Virus record (IMG/VR): IMGVR_UViG_3300042396_000043
Span: 1 to 37,162 of that record
Reading direction: 5' to 3' (one strand)
Source of the DNA: a virus
Taxonomy: Duplodnaviria > Caudoviricetes
DNA: 37,162 bases
Position 1 is the first letter of the stretch. Every line of letters starts with the position of its first letter. A program made the translations under genes and the position numbers. Positions 34,814-37,162 of this stretch are shown piece by piece. The notes under the pieces are model-generated. The model did no database searches and was not told where the DNA came from. It was given only the letters and a program-made list of their open reading frames with translations.

Positions 34814-35960
34814 ACTTGCCCAGTTTGCTACTAACAGACAATGGGAGTATTACTCAAAGTCTTGTGAACTAGGTTCTAATAGGGCAGCAGCAAAATTCTT
34901 TGGTGTAACTGCTACGGTAGTTGATGTGTCTGTTAGAGGATTAAAAGCCAAGGCAGCACTAGCAGGTTACGCACCAAATAATGATATGACTAGAGTAGCA
35001 CCAGAACCGTTTATAGTTCGTGGTGTATCTACCTACTACAATGCTGAAGGCAAAGCGTCTGGGCAATGGGTTAAGACTAAGGTAGACGATAGCAAGTTAG
35101 AAGAAATAGTGCGTAACTTTGTTGCAGACCTTGCAGAAGACATCAAAGGTCTAGCACCAATAACTCCACCACCAGCAATAACGTCAGACAATGTCTTAAC
35201 TGTAATCCCTATGGGTGACCCTCACTTTGGATTATATGCCTGGGCAAAAGACGCTGGCGATGACTTTGATTTAGACATTGCAGAGAAGCTAACCTGTAGC
35301 GCAATAGATAGACTTATAGCAAGTTCACCAAATACTCACACGGCATTGTTATTAAACCTAGGTGACCAATTCCATGCCGACAACCAAAAGAATATAACGA
35401 ACTCTGGTCACCAACTTGATGTAGATGGTCGCTGGGCAAAGGTGCAGCAGGTAGGATTACGTGCAATTATCTACTGCCTAAAACGATTGCTAGAAAAGCA
35501 CCAGAAGGTAGTCTTCCGTATCAATAAAGGCAACCACGATGGACATTCATCTTACGCACTAGCATTGATGATTAGTTGCTATTTTCATAACGAGCCACGC
35601 ATGGAAGTTGACCTGTCACCGGCAGTATGCTGGTACTACACGTTTGGCAAGGTGCTAATAGGCTCTACGCATGGCGATACAGTTAAGGGTAAAGATATGC
35701 TGTCTATCATGGCAGCAGATAAGTCAGAGGACTGGGGAAGGTCTAAGTTTAGGTACTGGTATGTTGGTCACGTACACCATAAAGACGTTAAAGAGTATCA
35801 CGGTGGTGTAGTTGAGTACTTTAGGACACTAGCAGCTAGAGATGCTTGGCATCAAGGACAAGGCTACCGTGCTGGTCGTGATATGTGTTCAATCATACTG
35901 CACAAAGAGTACGGTGAGATAGAACGACATACCTGCGACATTGGAATGATTACTGATTAG
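34791..35960 (+). CDS. Calcineurin-like metallophosphoesterase with an N-terminal HTH-like region
   Basis: GDPH, GDQFH, GNHD, HGD, GHVHH motifs. Confidence 0.88.
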   Translation: MVTPIDDKLAQFATNRQWEYYSKSCELGSNRAAAKFFGVTATVVDVSVRGLKAKAALAGYAPNNDMTRVAPEPFIVRGVSTYYNAEGKASGQWVKTKVDDSKLEEIVRNFVADLAEDIKGLAPITPPPAITSDNVLTVIPMGDPHFGLYAWAKDAGDDFDLDIAEKLTCSAIDRLIASSPNTHTALLLNLGDQFHADNQKNITNSGHQLDVDGRWAKVQQVGLRAIIYCLKRLLEKHQKVVFRINKGNHDGHSSYALALMISCYFHNEPRMEVDLSPAVCWYYTFGKVLIGSTHGDTVKGKDMLSIMAADKSEDWGRSKFRYWYVGHVHHKDVKEYHGGVVEYFRTLAARDAWHQGQGYRAGRDMCSIILHKEYGEIERHTCDIGMITD

Positions 35961-35963
35961 TTA

Positions 35964-36914
35964 TTATTTAATTGGTTGCTTATTTCTTTCTAGTATTTTA
36001 ACTATGTTTGGGTCAAATACAACAAAATTTTGAGTACCTTTCATTGCATCTCTACTAGGGTTATCAAAATACTTTACACCTTTAACTCCATATTGATTTA
36101 ATAGTGTCTCACCAACATTAGGTTGACCTCTAATAATTTCCCATGTATTTAAAAATTGTGCAGGTGTTATATCTTTACCATATAGCAATCTTGCATCTCC
36201 ACCTAATTCTGCCAAATCATCACTTGTAAGAGATTTTTTTGTTTTATTAATTGCAGCCATTACTGTAGGATTTTGCTGACTAATTGGTTTATCCCAATTT
36301 AACATATTTTCTATATGTGTATCTGGAATATCAACTTTATATAAATTGCTTGTACCTAAATTTTTTACATCTGACTTTTTATTGACGGAAGATAATATGT
36401 TATTTATATTGGTTGAAAAATTAAGTTCGTCTGGTCTAGAATTTTTAACCCAATCATTAACAAATTTCTTAGCTTTATTTAATCCAAGTTCATCTACTAA
36501 TTGTGCTGCTTTATATTCTGGAGTTCTTGGTTCTACTTCTTTTCCAAAAATTGTTCGTCTTGGAGAAGCTATTTCACCAGCAGGTTCTATATTTGCATAA
36601 GATTGTGCAACTTTAGGATTTTCAGCAAAATATAATCCATGACCGTATGCTTGTGCGCCTTCTCCACTACCAATCTTAGTAGGGTCAAACTTATCAAATC
36701 GGTAAGGACTACCATGCCATGCTGTAATTCCCATAGGAGCAAATGTCATAGCAACATCTAACGCTTCATTAGGCATAACTGGCGATGGTTTGTTTAATTC
36801 TTGTAAGGCTGTCATGTCACCAGACAATAGACCACCTAGCGCATTACGGTATGGTGCGCCTTTAGCGTATTGTGCTTTTGCTGCTTCGGTAATGTAATCT
36901 AATAATCCTGCCAT
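35964..36914 (-). CDS. ADP-ribosyltransferase of the ART-PolyVal type, possibly virion-packaged
   Basis: AWHGSP..FDKFD...GEGAQAYGHGLYFAE..VA..Y; C-terminal NFVVFD. Confidence 0.75.
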   Translation of the reverse strand: MAGLLDYITEAAKAQYAKGAPYRNALGGLLSGDMTALQELNKPSPVMPNEALDVAMTFAPMGITAWHGSPYRFDKFDPTKIGSGEGAQAYGHGLYFAENPKVAQSYANIEPAGEIASPRRTIFGKEVEPRTPEYKAAQLVDELGLNKAKKFVNDWVKNSRPDELNFSTNINNILSSVNKKSDVKNLGTSNLYKVDIPDTHIENMLNWDKPISQQNPTVMAAINKTKKSLTSDDLAELGGDARLLYGKDITPAQFLNTWEIIRGQPNVGETLLNQYGVKGVKYFDNPSRDAMKGTQNFVVFDPNIVKILERNKQPIK

Positions 36915-36923
36915 AACTTATCC

Positions 36924-37162
36924 TTATTTATTAAATAATGCTGCTTCAGCCTTGCGTCTTAAATCTAAACCTTTAAGAACTTTGCCACCAGCTTTGTTAT
37001 ATTTGAGAAGACTTTTAACAGCACCTTCATAATCGCCACGGTTAATCTTTTGACGGAGTGTGCTTCGCTGAAGTGTACCAAGACCAAGATTAAAGCTGAA
37101 GCTAACAAGAGAGTCAAACATACCTTGTGTAAGTTTTGCAGATATATAGCGTTTAACCCCAC
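36924..37162 (-). CDS. GH24 endolysin, 3' part
   Basis: FDSLVSFSFNLG...STL...YNKAGGKVLKGL..RR.AEAALF. Confidence 0.93.
   Translation of the reverse strand, partial: GVKRYISAKLTQGMFDSLVSFSFNLGLGTLQRSTLRQKINRGDYEGAVKSLLKYNKAGGKVLKGLDLRRKAEAALFNK
37036..37162. repeat. Terminal direct repeat (copy of 1..127)
   Basis: Exact sequence identity. Confidence 0.97.

Noticed and set aside
37036-37162. Biological terminal repeat
   Set aside because: 127 bp equals a common assembler k-mer and the repeat falls inside the lysozyme gene; best explained as a circular overlap.

Overview
This window is a complete, circularly closed genome (37,035 bp plus a 127-bp terminal overlap) of an AT-rich podovirus-like tailed phage. 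It carries a P22-like portal, a SU10/DUF5309-type capsid, tail and ejection proteins, a GH24 endolysin spanning the origin, lambdoid-type replication/recombination genes (DUF1376, P-like loader, ERF, SSB, NinB) and a DNA methyltransferase. I found no integrase. Highlights: (1) a 23-aa PqqA precursor peptide missed by the ORF track, which points to a Methylophilaceae-like methylotroph host; (2) a KdsA-cupin-KdsB-glycosyltransferase cluster heading the late operon, plus a TPR-glycosyltransferase and methyltransferase beside the capsid gene, suggesting Kdo glycosylation of the virion; (3) a large repeat protein whose C-terminal cap motif is encoded separately in three copies in two small proteins; (4) several structured RNAs, including a P4 CI/P1 C4-like element and a pseudoknotted leader; (5) an ART-PolyVal ADP-ribosyltransferase; (6) a secreted six-cysteine micro-protein; (7) two gene-deletion scars. 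All family calls come from motif recognition by eye, not database searches.
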